Assembly (NCBI GenBank): GCA_963752595.1 | Contig: CAVVYZ010000013.1 | Span: 185,222-249,221 of the forward strand | Reading direction: 5' to 3' | Source: an uncultured delta proteobacterium | Lineage (GTDB): Bacteria > Desulfobacterota > Desulfomonilia > UBA1062 | Length of the DNA: 64,000 nt | In this document: piece after piece, positions 31,237 through 41,205 of the stretch | How positions within the stretch are numbered: position 1 is the stretch's first letter | Layout of the letters: every line of letters begins with the position of its first letter | Notes under the pieces: model-generated | Database searches by the model: none | What the model was told of the DNA's origin: nothing | Seen by the model: the letters and a program-made list of their open reading frames with translations, nothing else | Made by a program: the position numbers and the translations under genes

Positions 31237-31457
31237 GACCACTCCTTTCTTTGAATAACCGTAGTTCATACGGAAGTCGCGTAAAGATAGCGGTGCTGCT
31301 GTTAGGAGGATAGCATTGTAAAGAAGAGGTATTTACAGTCAGGAGAGGAACTCCCTGTCAGGTATGATAGAGGGGACGGGGAAGAAAATCAAGCCGAAAC
31401 ATTGATAATACGCACCTCATCGCCCTGTCCAGTTTTACGGAGAGGTATATGGGCTGT

Positions 31458-32216
31458 TCAGACATCCATCAGCAGCTTCACCACCATGATCAAGACTACT
31501 CCAATGAAGATTCGCTTGATCCAGACGTTTCCGATCCGGTCGGAATATTGGGCGCTCACGTACGAACCGATGCAGGAACCGGCAAACATGACCAAGGCCA
31601 GTGGAAGATGGATGGCGCCGTGATAGGCATAGGTAGCCGCCGAAGTAACGCTCATCATGATCCCGGCAACCTTGGTATTGGCGGCGCTTTCCAGAAAGGT
31701 CTGACGAAAGACGAGAATCATGATGTAGGACATGAACGTCCCCATTCCGGCGCCGTAAAAGCCGCCATAGATGCCCAGCGAGGAGGCTCAAAAAAGCTCC
31801 TGAGAACGTATCTTCCGGCGGTTAGGGGGCGTTTCGTCGCCACCGCCACCCCCAACCTCGGATTGGCCACCACGACGATCAGCAGGATGACCGTCAGTGC
31901 CACGATGAACTTCTTGAGGAGTTCGGGGCTGATCTGAAGTGCGAGGTTAGCCCCGATGAAGCCACCGAGAAGACAGGGAATGCCGACGATGAAGGCCAGA
32001 CGGTAGCGCATCATCCCCTTGCGATGAAAGGAATAAAGGCCTGCGAGCCCGATCCCGGTGGTCCCAAACCGGTCCGTGCCGATGGCTGTATGGGGAGGAA
32101 GGCCCATCAGGATCAGAAGCGGGATGGTGATCAGGCTGCTTCCGCCAACCAGCGTTCCAAAGGTGCTGCAGATCACGCTGGCGGCAGAAGATGACGATCA
32201 GTTGTGTGAGATCCAT
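31458..32216 (-). CDS. Sulfite exporter TauE/SafE family protein (frameshifted in this sequence)
   Basis: GTLVGGSSLITIPLLILMGLPPHTAIGT, GGFIGA, LESAANTK. Three fragments tile one membrane protein. Confidence 0.85.
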
Positions 32217-32591
32217 CGCTTATCGGGGATACCTTTCCGTCCGTACCGGCGGGCTCAGGGGTGTTCCGGCGTCCAAAATAATCAATCTGATTCTGATAAG
32301 ATATTTTTTTTCGTGAAGAGACATAGGACAAGATGGTCTGGGTGTCAATGAAAAGGATAAAAAATATGGATGCTGATCCGAAATTTAAGGGTCAGCAGGT
32401 GTGAGAGTGGTACAGTCATGCGTAATGCCATGAGAAATTGTGGCGTGCAGGAGAGAGGGTTCATTTATTAATACGCCAGCTGCTCGTTTATCTTGAAAAA
32501 CCATGAAAGACAAAGTATTATGGCGACACTGATCGCCATTTTACACATAAAATAACATAGCGGGAAGATTCCCATGAAAAGAGGCTGTCCA

Positions 32592-33966
32592 ATGAAGCTT
32601 ACCAAACTGTTCGTTTTGAATTTATTGTTAAGTCTGCTTATGGCGTTGATGATTCTGGGGTGCAGCGGCGAAGCCTCATACTCCATTTCCGGCCAAGTGA
32701 CCTGCGGCGGTTCAGCGCTTTCGGGCGTGACGATGACCCTGACCGGCACAGAGGGAAGGACAGTGACCACGGATACGAACGGAAATTATTCCTTCGGCGA
32801 GATGCCAATCGGCAACTATACCCTGACTCCCTCTTTGACGGGCTACACCTTTCTCCCGTCCAACCGGAACGTCTATCTCTACGGCATCGATGCAACCTCT
32901 TTTAATTTCAGCGCCGTCATCAGGGGCAGGCTCGCCACGGCGGTCCACACCGTTTACGTGAAGAGCGACGGCACGCTCTGGGGATGGGGAAGCAACAGCA
33001 GCGGCCAGCTCGGCAACGGAACGACGATAGATCGCGCCAACCGTCTGCAGGTCACCACCTTGTCTGGCATGAAAGCTGTCGATGCAGGCGAAGACCACAC
33101 GGTAGCCCTGCAGAGCGACGGCACAGTCTGGACATGGGGGAACAACAGCAACGGCCAGCTCGGCAACGGAACGACCGTCAACAGCTCCGTCCCTATCCGG
33201 ATCACCTCACTATCGAACGTGATCGATGTGACTGCGGGCTATAAATTCACGGTAGCCCTGAAGAGCGACGGGACAGTCTGGACATGGGGGAACAACAGCA
33301 ACGGCCAGCTCGGCAACGGAACGACCGCCAACAGTTCCATCCCTGTACAGGTCACCGGTCTGTCCACAGCGGCTAACGGCTGTCTCGGCAGGTTATGACC
33401 ATGTCCTTTCCCTGCAGAGCGACGGGACAGTCTGGACATGGGGCAACAACAGCAGCGGTCAGCTCGGCAATGGAACGACCACCGACAGCTCCGTCCCCGT
33501 ACAGATTACCGGTCTGACATCCGTGAGTGCCGTCGCGGCGGGCAATGACTTCAGCCTGGCCCTGAGGTACACGGACTTGACGGTCTGGGCCTGCGGAAGC
33601 AATGTCTTCGGTCAACTCGGCAACGGAACGACCACTGACAGCCCCACTATTGTAAACGTCTCCGGATTGACCACCGCAGTGACCATCGCGGCAGGCCATG
33701 ATCATGCGGTTGCCCTGAAGAGCGACGGCACGGTCTGGACTTGGGGTGACAACAGCAACGGTCAACTCGGCAACGGCACGACGACCGGCAGCACCACCCC
33801 CATGCAGGCAACCGGCCTGTTGGGCAGTGTGGCGGTTGCGGCAGGGAGGGATGACAGCGCCGTGATGAAGACAGACGGCACACTTTGGGCTTGGGGCGAC
33901 AACAGCAACGGTCAGCTCGGTGACGGAACGACTACGGACAGACTGATTCCCGTGCAGGTACCCTAG
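32592..33966 (+). CDS. RCC1-repeat lipoprotein with N-terminal carboxypeptidase-regulatory-like (prealbumin) domain; frameshift near 33370-33410
   Basis: Lipobox ILGC, TDTNGNYSF...GNYTLTPS, and repeated HTVALxSDGTVWTWGNNSNGQLGNGTT. Confidence 0.85.
32950..33950 (+). repeat. Intragenic tandem repeats with about 150-bp period encoding RCC1 blades
   Basis: Near-identical units start GGTAGCCCTG(C/A)AGAGCGACGG at 33101 and 33251, with further degenerate copies. Confidence 0.85.
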
Positions 33967-34029
33967 CCAGGAAGTCCGCAATGGTCTTCCCTTCCGCCAG
34001 CTCTCTACTCTGCTGAGTTGTCGTTTCGG

Positions 34030-34230
34030 CATCAGAACGGCATCTGCTACGATGACAACATCGACGGCTTCACCGCGTTTTAACCGATTCGGTATGGAGT
34101 TCTCTCCCGTTCCTATGGAAGTTGCGGCCGTGACAATTTTTTTCTTGGTAAGAAGTTCTAACAGTGGAATGAGTTCAAGATGCGCCGCAGTAAAGGCCCC
34201 TGAGGTCATAACCTTGATGTCATGCGTCAT
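34030..34230 (-). pseudogene. Truncated ModA-like (molybdate-type) substrate-binding protein fragment
   Basis: IKVMTSGAFTAAHLELIP...SIPNRLKRGEAVDVVIVA matches the N-terminus of that family. Similarity stops after about 66 aa, and the DNA is AT-richer than its neighbours. Confidence 0.55.
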
Positions 34231-34335
34231 GGTATTTAAATTAATTATACGGTCCCTTTAAGAAATTGTACAGAAAAGAAGGGCTATCGAAGAGCCAGCG
34301 CAGCTGGAGATGAATAGTAGACTGTGTCCCAAGGG

Positions 34336-35997
34336 TCAGTTGTGTTCCCGTGTCTTGCGGAAGGCGATATCGGGCCACTCTTCCATGATGAAGCCGAGGC
34401 GCCACTCGCTGGCGGCAAGGTAAGTGAGGTGGCCGTCGGCGTCGAGCGCCAGGTTCGCCTGGCACTTCTTCTCAAACTCGGCGAGGCGTTTCTTGTCGTC
34501 GCAGGCGATCCAGCGGGCCGTTGCGTATTCGATCGGCTCGTAGGAGGCGTCCACACCGTATTCGGTCTTCAGGCGGGCCATGGTCACGTCGAACTGGAGG
34601 ACGCCGACCGCTCCCAGGATGTAATCATTGCCCATCAGCGGCCGGAAGACCTGGACCGCCCCTTCTTCCGAGAGCTGGGCGAGCCCCTTCTGGAGCTGCT
34701 TGATCTTGAGCGAATTTTTGGTCCGGACCCGCCGGAAGTGCTCCGGGGCGAAGTTGGGGATCCCGGTGAACTGCAGAGGTTCCCCCTCGGTGAAGGTGTC
34801 GCCGATCTGGATCGTCCCGTGGTTATGGATCCCGATGATGTCGCCGGGCCAGGCCTCCTCCACGTTCGTCCGGTCCTGGGCCATGAAGATCGTCGCATTG
34901 GAAAGGACGATCTCCCTGCCGATCCGGTGGTGGAAGACCTTCATCCCCCGGGTGAACTTCCCCGAACAGATCCGGAAAAAGGCGATCCGGTCCCGGTGGG
35001 CGAGGTCCATGTTCGCCTGGATCTTGAATGTAAAGCCGGAAAAGGTCGTCTCCTGCGGCGAGACCATCCGGGTGGTCGCGGCCCGCGGGCCGGGTGGCGG
35101 GGCCATCTCTACGAAGGCGTCCAGGAGCTCACGGACACCGAAGTTGTTGATTGCGCTACCGAAAAAGACTGGAGTCTGGTTTCCCTTCAGATACTCTTCA
35201 TGGGAAAAGGGGCTTGCCGCACCCTCGATCAGGGCGATCTCCTCACGAAGCAGCTCCGCCTGGCTTCCCAAAAGCTCGTCCAACCGCGTATCTAAGAGAT
35301 CGGTGATCGTGATCCCCTTCTCCTTCCGGCTGTCCTTCCCCGGTGTGAAGAGATGGAGTGACTTCCGGTAGAGGTTGTAGACCCCCTTGAAGTCCTTCCC
35401 CATGCCGATCGGCCAGGAGAGGGGGGCGCACTCGATCTGGAGCTTGTCCTCGATGTTGGCCAGGACATCCATCGGGTTCATCCCGTCCCGGTCCAGTTTG
35501 TTGATGAAGGTCATGATCGGCGTGTTGCGCATCCGGCAGACCTCCATGAGCTTCTCCGTCTGGGGCTCGACCCCCTTGCCGCTGTCGATGACCATCAATG
35601 CGCTATCCACGGCGGTGAGGACCCGGTAGGTATCCTCGGAGAAGTCCTGGTGGCCGGGGGTATCCAGGAGGTTGATCTCGAATTCCCCGTAGTGGAACTT
35701 CATGACCGACGTCGTGACGGAGATCCCGCGCTCCTTCTCGATCGCCATCCAGTCGCTCGTCGCATGCCGCCCCGCCTTTCGGGCCTTGACGGCCCCGGCG
35801 AGCTGGATCGCCCCGCCAAAGAGGAGGAGCTTTTCGGTCAAAGTCGTCTTTCCCGCATCCGGATGGCTGATGATGCCGAAGGTCCGGCGCTGCTCGATCT
35901 CCTGCTGCTGCTGCCGGTCCGGTTTGGGGACCTGTGTTTGAATATCCGCCGGCTTCTCTCCGGTTCCGGCCGGTTGACTCGCCATACTGTTTTCCAT
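34336..35997 (-). CDS. prfC: Peptide chain release factor 3
   Basis: [79 protein letters not shown]. The exact start is uncertain. Confidence 0.96.
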   Translation of the reverse strand: MENSMASQPAGTGEKPADIQTQVPKPDRQQQQEIEQRRTFGIISHPDAGKTTLTEKLLLFGGAIQLAGAVKARKAGRHATSDWMAIEKERGISVTTSVMKFHYGEFEINLLDTPGHQDFSEDTYRVLTAVDSALMVIDSGKGVEPQTEKLMEVCRMRNTPIMTFINKLDRDGMNPMDVLANIEDKLQIECAPLSWPIGMGKDFKGVYNLYRKSLHLFTPGKDSRKEKGITITDLLDTRLDELLGSQAELLREEIALIEGAASPFSHEEYLKGNQTPVFFGSAINNFGVRELLDAFVEMAPPPGPRAATTRMVSPQETTFSGFTFKIQANMDLAHRDRIAFFRICSGKFTRGMKVFHHRIGREIVLSNATIFMAQDRTNVEEAWPGDIIGIHNHGTIQIGDTFTEGEPLQFTGIPNFAPEHFRRVRTKNSLKIKQLQKGLAQLSEEGAVQVFRPLMGNDYILGAVGVLQFDVTMARLKTEYGVDASYEPIEYATARWIACDDKKRLAEFEKKCQANLALDADGHLTYLAASEWRLGFIMEEWPDIAFRKTREHN

Positions 35998-36060
35998 ACC
36001 GATACTTCTTTCGCCCGTCGCCCGGTTTTTATCCCAAAGGCGACGCGGCAAGGTGTGCGT

Positions 36061-36094
36061 TAAAAAAAACCCCGACAGCCTTCGGGCTCCGGGG
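36061..36094 (-). terminator. Intrinsic terminator in the prfC leader
   Basis: Minus strand reads CCCCGGAGCC-CGAA-GGCTGTCGGGG-TTTTTTTT. Confidence 0.7.
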
Positions 36095-36120
36095 ACACGA
36101 TCCTGCCTAAACTGGAGACT

Positions 36121-36149
36121 TGTTTACCTTATCCGGGGGCGTTTGTCAA
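36121..36149 (-). promoter_or_regulatory. Putative sigma70 promoter toward prfC
   Basis: TTGACA-17 bp-TAAACA on the minus strand. Confidence 0.5.
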
Positions 36150-36201
36150 GAAAAATCAATCTCCTGTGAAGGGCAAAACAGATTGCAAAACATAAAAGCA
36201 C

Positions 36202-36230
36202 TTGACAGGCATGAGGCGCCGCTATAGCCT
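36202..36230 (+). promoter_or_regulatory. Putative sigma70 promoter for the Ldh_2 operon
   Basis: TTGACA-17 bp-TAGCCT. Confidence 0.55.
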
Positions 36231-36268
36231 GCGCATGCTGCTTTTTCATGCATTGAAGGAGGTAAAAT

Positions 36269-37336
36269 ATGGCGATGGATCCATCCGCGGCCCCAAAGGT
36301 GCTGGCGAGACACGATCTACTCGAGACTTTCTGCAACCAGGTTTTCCGGAAGCTGGGTGTCCCCCGGGAGGAGGCTGAAATCACGTCCAGAACTCTGGTG
36401 ACGGCGAATCTGCGGGGCGTCGATACCCACGGTGTTCTCCGTCTTCCCCTCTATGCGGCCAAGCTGAGGGGAGGTGCCATGTCGCCCTCCGTGAATCTCA
36501 CGATGGAGAAAGAGACGATTGCCACCGCCCTTCTGGACGGGCACGACGGGATGGGTCAGGTGATCAGTCACCGGGCCATGGAGATCGCCATTCGCAAGGC
36601 CGGGGCAGCCGGTATTTCATACGTGGCCGTTAAACACAGCAACCATTTCGGCGCCGCCGCCTTCTACCCCATGATGGCCCTGGACCATGATATGATCGGC
36701 GTTGCGTTCACCAACGCCTCTCCCCGTCTCGCCCCCACCGGCGGCGTCGAGAAGCTCCTGGGGAACAATCCCTGGTGCGTTGCGGTGCCTGCCGGAAAGC
36801 GACCGCCGATTGTGCTGGACATGGCCAACAGTGTGGTGGCAGCCGGAAAGATCCGTGTCCTCCAGAAGGAGGGAAGACCGATCCCCGAGGGGTGGGCGCT
36901 CACCGAGGACGGCGAGCCGACCACGGATGCCGGGGAAGCCCTCAAAGGGATCCTGCTGGCCATCGGCGGTTACAAAGGTTACGGCATCACCCTGATGGTG
37001 GATCTCCTGACCGGCGTGCTTGCGGATTCCAACTATGGCCCGCGGGTCAAACCAATCGACCAGGATGCAGAGAGAGGCGGTGTTGCCCACAGCTTCATGG
37101 CCATTGCCCTTGCCGCCTTCACCGATGTGGCGGCATTCAAGGCCCGGATGGACGCCTATATCGACGAGATCAAGTCTTCGAAAAAGGCCAGGGGAAGTGA
37201 TGTCATCTATGTGCCGGGCGAGCCGGAATACATGCGGGTGCTGGAGAGAATGAAAAAGGGGATCCCGCTGCAGGCCAAAGTCGCTGCAGAACTGCGCGCC
37301 CTCGGGAAGGACCTGGGAATCCCCATAGAGCTCTGA
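36269..37336 (+). CDS. Ldh_2 family oxidoreductase (ComC/AllD/YiaK-like)
   Basis: ANLRGVDTHGV.RL, SNHFGAA, LGNNP, VLDMA, GGYKGYG, VYVPGEPE. Confidence 0.92.
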   Translation: MAMDPSAAPKVLARHDLLETFCNQVFRKLGVPREEAEITSRTLVTANLRGVDTHGVLRLPLYAAKLRGGAMSPSVNLTMEKETIATALLDGHDGMGQVISHRAMEIAIRKAGAAGISYVAVKHSNHFGAAAFYPMMALDHDMIGVAFTNASPRLAPTGGVEKLLGNNPWCVAVPAGKRPPIVLDMANSVVAAGKIRVLQKEGRPIPEGWALTEDGEPTTDAGEALKGILLAIGGYKGYGITLMVDLLTGVLADSNYGPRVKPIDQDAERGGVAHSFMAIALAAFTDVAAFKARMDAYIDEIKSSKKARGSDVIYVPGEPEYMRVLERMKKGIPLQAKVAAELRALGKDLGIPIEL

Positions 37337-37387
37337 CGGATAGCATAGCGCCGCTCAGAGGATTCCTGATTGCAATGGGAGGCCAAA

Positions 37388-37846
37388 ATGACGGAAAGAC
37401 CCTATATTACATACCCGAAGCCGGGCAAGCCTGTCACCAGAACGGAGTTGACAGGGACCATTTTCGTCAATGAACCGGGACAGGTCAGTTTCGGCGCCAA
37501 CGATTTTTCACCCGGCCTGTTTCGGGCCCTCCACGGCCACCATACCTGGGAGCTCATCATCATTGACGGCAGTTCCGAGGGACCCGGCTACACCTATTTC
37601 GACGGTCACTGGTGGCGGGTGGATCCAGGGGCTTCTGTCTTTGTCCCGAAAGGATGCCCTCACGCCTGGTCGTCGGGCAATACCCATGGTTTCAGGATGC
37701 TCTGGGTCTACGGCGGCTCCCGTGAAGAGGCCGGACGCATCTGGTATGTCAAACCCGAGGAGGCAAAGGGTATATCACCGGAGGAGGAGAAGAACGCCTT
37801 GGTCTGGACGCCGGAGGCGGCGGGGGCTGTTCCGGCAAAACCCTAA
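37388..37846 (+). CDS. Cupin domain protein
   Basis: HGHHTWE...PGASVFVPKGCPH, a two-motif cupin metal site. Confidence 0.8.
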   Translation: MTERPYITYPKPGKPVTRTELTGTIFVNEPGQVSFGANDFSPGLFRALHGHHTWELIIIDGSSEGPGYTYFDGHWWRVDPGASVFVPKGCPHAWSSGNTHGFRMLWVYGGSREEAGRIWYVKPEEAKGISPEEEKNALVWTPEAAGAVPAKP

Positions 37847-37873
37847 TTCACCATAAAGGGAGAGAAGCGCATC

Positions 37874-38806
37874 ATGAAAATCTACATTTTGGATCAATTT
37901 GTTTCGTCCGGAGTTGAGTTTGCCGCCCAACATGCGGAGGTCGTACGATGGGACGACCCTCGCGCCAAAAACTGGCATGAAGACGCAGACGGTCTTCTGG
38001 TGCGCACCACACCGCTCACGGCGGAGGATTTTGCCAAGGCGAAAAAATTGAAAGCCGTGGCGAAACAGGGTGTCGGTGTCAATCTCATCGACCTGGCTGC
38101 CGCCAAGGCGCACGGCGTCATCGTCTGCAACACGCCTGGCGTGAACAGCGAGGCGGTTGCCGAAATGGGCCTCGCCCTTGCACTCGCGGTGACGAGGCGC
38201 GTGGCGGAGTTCGATCGCCGCATCCGCGCCGGGGAGATTGTCAAAAGGATCAATTTTCTGGGCATCGAGCTCTGGGGAAAGACCGTCGGCGTGATCGGAA
38301 TGGGCAATATCGGCACCCGGATCGCACGCAAATATCACGGCGCCTTCAATACGAAGCTCCTTGCCTATGACCCGTATATACCGGACGGCCGTTGGCCGGA
38401 CATCCCCCATGAGCGCGTTTCGTCTCTGAATGAGCTCCTGCCGCGAGTCGATCTGTTGACCATCCACGTGCCCTTGACGGCGGAAACAAAGCACTTGATC
38501 GGGCGTCCTGAACTTGCCCTGATGAAAGAGACCGCCGTCCTGGTGAACGTATCGCGCGGCGAGATTGTCGATGAGGAAGCCCTTTACGACGCGCTGAAGT
38601 CAGGCCGTCTTTTTGGGGCCGGTCTCGATGTATTCAAGAAGGAGCCGCCGACGACGGATAACCCGCTGGTCGGTTTGCCGAACGTGGTAGCCACCCCGCA
38701 TGCCGCGGGCGGGACCTTCGAGACGCAGGAGAAGAGTTCGCTGGTCACCGCGCAGCAATTGATCCACGTTCTGGGCGGCGGTCAACCCATGAACCGCGTC
38801 GCATGA
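37874..38806 (+). CDS. D-isomer-specific 2-hydroxyacid dehydrogenase
   Basis: GVGVNLID, NTPGVN, GVIGMGNIG, HVPLT, NVSRG, GLDVF..EP, TPHAAG. Confidence 0.92.
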   Translation: MKIYILDQFVSSGVEFAAQHAEVVRWDDPRAKNWHEDADGLLVRTTPLTAEDFAKAKKLKAVAKQGVGVNLIDLAAAKAHGVIVCNTPGVNSEAVAEMGLALALAVTRRVAEFDRRIRAGEIVKRINFLGIELWGKTVGVIGMGNIGTRIARKYHGAFNTKLLAYDPYIPDGRWPDIPHERVSSLNELLPRVDLLTIHVPLTAETKHLIGRPELALMKETAVLVNVSRGEIVDEEALYDALKSGRLFGAGLDVFKKEPPTTDNPLVGLPNVVATPHAAGGTFETQEKSSLVTAQQLIHVLGGGQPMNRVA

Positions 38807-38881
38807 GGGGGTCTGAAAGACCGGCCGAGTAATCGAAACTTTGCACAGTGAATTTTCATGGAATAATAAGGAGTATTGACG

Positions 38882-39664
38882 ATGGAGCTGAAAAAGAATC
38901 CAGTGAAGCAGGCGATCAGGGATGGGCAGACCGTGTTTGGAATATACATCGGCGTCCCTTCGCCCGTGATGGTGGAACTGGCCGGATATGCCGGGTTTGA
39001 TTTTGTCCGCATCGACGTCTGCCACAGCGCCGTCGATTTGCCTGTCATCTCCGATATGATCAGGGCCGCGGAGGCAAGCGGCGTCACGCCGATGGTGAGG
39101 CTGGATTACGATCCGCATCTGATCGCGAAGGTCCTGGAGGCGGGCGCCAGGGGCCTTTTCATCCCTGACGTATCCACGCCTGAAATGGCAAGATCCGTGG
39201 TCGACGCCGTCCATTTCGCCCCCATGGGGGACAGGGGCACGTTCGCCGCTTCGAGGATCACCCGGTACGGGGCGATCAGCAGCGGGGAGTATGCAAAATG
39301 GTCGAACGAGGAGATCCTGCTCGGTGTGCAGATCGAAAGCAAGGAAGCGGCCGATAATCTGGAAAAGACATTGGGCGTGGGCGGGATCGATATGATCGGC
39401 AGCGGGAGAGGGGATCTGGCAAACGCCCTGGGTCTCACCGGACAGAAGAATCACCCGTCGGTTCTCGCCCTGGAAGAGAAGATTTTCGATACCGCCAAAA
39501 AGCAGGGGAAATACGTATCGGTCAACCTCGATCCCACCGCCAAGGACTTTGCCGAAACCGTCGCTTCATGGAAGAAAAAGGCCCAGGTCATCACGCTGGG
39601 GCATGATCTCACCCTCCTGAGAAAACACTTCGGAGATGCGATCGCCACGGCCCGCCGAAGCTGA
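38882..39664 (+). CDS. HpcH/HpaI aldolase family protein
   Basis: AGFDFVRIDVCHS, PMVR, PMGDRG, VQIES, G.GDL. Confidence 0.88.
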   Translation: MELKKNPVKQAIRDGQTVFGIYIGVPSPVMVELAGYAGFDFVRIDVCHSAVDLPVISDMIRAAEASGVTPMVRLDYDPHLIAKVLEAGARGLFIPDVSTPEMARSVVDAVHFAPMGDRGTFAASRITRYGAISSGEYAKWSNEEILLGVQIESKEAADNLEKTLGVGGIDMIGSGRGDLANALGLTGQKNHPSVLALEEKIFDTAKKQGKYVSVNLDPTAKDFAETVASWKKKAQVITLGHDLTLLRKHFGDAIATARRS

Positions 39665-39768
39665 AGGCAAACAGGCATTCCATCCGCCTGCATCCGAGGC
39701 GTTTGGAAAAATCCCTGAGAGGCTTCCTTCGCTTGAAGGGAATCTCAAGACGTTTTTCTGCATAATGA

Positions 39769-41034
39769 TCAGGCCGGTTTCTTCTTGGGCTTGACGCTCA
39801 GCATGAGAACGACGGTGAAACACGAGGCGATCCCTAGGGAGATCCAGGCCCAATAGTAGGTCCCCAGGGTGTCGAAGATGAAGCCGGCCAGCGTCGGCCC
39901 GATCATCCCACCGATCGCGGAGGCCCCCATCACCAGCCCGAGGAGGCGGCCAAAGGCCGCCCGGCCGAAGTACTCCCGGAGGATCGTTCCTCTCAGGGTG
40001 ATCGCCCCCCCGTAACCGGTCGGGAAAATAATGAGAAAGAGGAGCATGATCCACCAGACATCGACGAAACACAGGGCGAACATTCCCAGGCTCATCAGGC
40101 CGAAGGAGATGGCGATGATGTGCCGCTTGTCGAAGAAATCCGAAAGCCAGCCAAGACCGAACCGCCCCACGATGCTGAGGACCGTGATGCCCCCGGCGAT
40201 CAGACCGGCGGTCGTTCGCGGGATCTGAAGTAGATTCAGATAGGGCATGATGTGGGTAACGACGGCGCCCACCGCCATCATCCGGAGCCCTTCGCTGAGG
40301 GCGAGAAAGAGGAAGGCCCGCTCCCGCAGGGCCGTCCGGAAGGAGACCTCGTCCGTTTCGCCCTTTGCCTCCCCCGGTTCCGCAGGGATCGGCGGTTCCG
40401 TTTTTCCGCCGTCCGGGGCGAGGCCATACTCCTCCGGTGTATTGCGGATGACGAATGCCAGGGGGATGCCGATGACCCACATCCCCGCGCCCAGGATGAT
40501 GACCGCCGTCCTCCAGCCGAAGTCGTCGATCAGCCACACGATCATCGGGAGAAGAAGGCCGCTGGCGCCGAAACCGGAGGTCAGTATCCCGAGCGCCAGG
40601 CCCAGATTTTTCTTGAACCAGTTGGTGGCGACCCGCATGAAGACGACGGCGGTGCAGCCGCCGCCCCCGAAGGCGATCAGGATGAAGCACCCGTAGAACA
40701 TCCAGAGGGATTTCGTGAAACTCAGGGCAATGAACCCGAGGCCGATGGTGATCACTCCCCACAGGGCCAGCAGCCGCGAACCGTAGCGGTCGACGAGAAA
40801 ACCAACCAGGGGGGCGAGGATGCTCATCTCGACGCCCCGCAGGCTCATGGCGAAGGAAACCTCGGTGTAGCTCCAGCCGAACTCGGCGACGAGCGGATCG
40901 AAGAAGGCGGTGAAGCCGTAAAAGATGATGGCGCCTGCGTACAGGCCGATGATGAAGCAGGCCAGGACGATCCACCAGCCATAGAAGACATTGGTCAGCC
41001 TGGCCGGGAAAAAAGACGTTGGTGTGTCATTCAT
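39769..41034 (-). CDS. MFS transporter (oxalate:formate antiporter-like)
   Basis: FYGWWIV, GFLVDRYGSR (motif A), GWLSDFFDKR, REYFG, and about 12 hydrophobic helices. Confidence 0.88.
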   Translation of the reverse strand: MNDTPTSFFPARLTNVFYGWWIVLACFIIGLYAGAIIFYGFTAFFDPLVAEFGWSYTEVSFAMSLRGVEMSILAPLVGFLVDRYGSRLLALWGVITIGLGFIALSFTKSLWMFYGCFILIAFGGGGCTAVVFMRVATNWFKKNLGLALGILTSGFGASGLLLPMIVWLIDDFGWRTAVIILGAGMWVIGIPLAFVIRNTPEEYGLAPDGGKTEPPIPAEPGEAKGETDEVSFRTALRERAFLFLALSEGLRMMAVGAVVTHIMPYLNLLQIPRTTAGLIAGGITVLSIVGRFGLGWLSDFFDKRHIIAISFGLMSLGMFALCFVDVWWIMLLFLIIFPTGYGGAITLRGTILREYFGRAAFGRLLGLVMGASAIGGMIGPTLAGFIFDTLGTYYWAWISLGIASCFTVVLMLSVKPKKKPA

Positions 41035-41205
41035 GTCCTGCAGACTACCACAATCACGACGCAGCTTGTCAAGGTGCATCCTGTCCGGCGATCAATGTAA
41101 TTGACAAAACCTTATCGATCATGCAATTTTAACATTCAATTTTATATATCAGCGGCAAATTGTCGCTGAGTCGAAGATGAGATCCGAAATCACTGTGGAC
41201 ATTGA

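Noticed and set aside
32950-33950. Regular direct repeats resembling a CRISPR array
   Set aside because: The period is about 150 bp, the repeats are in frame and encode RCC1 blades, and no cas genes are present.
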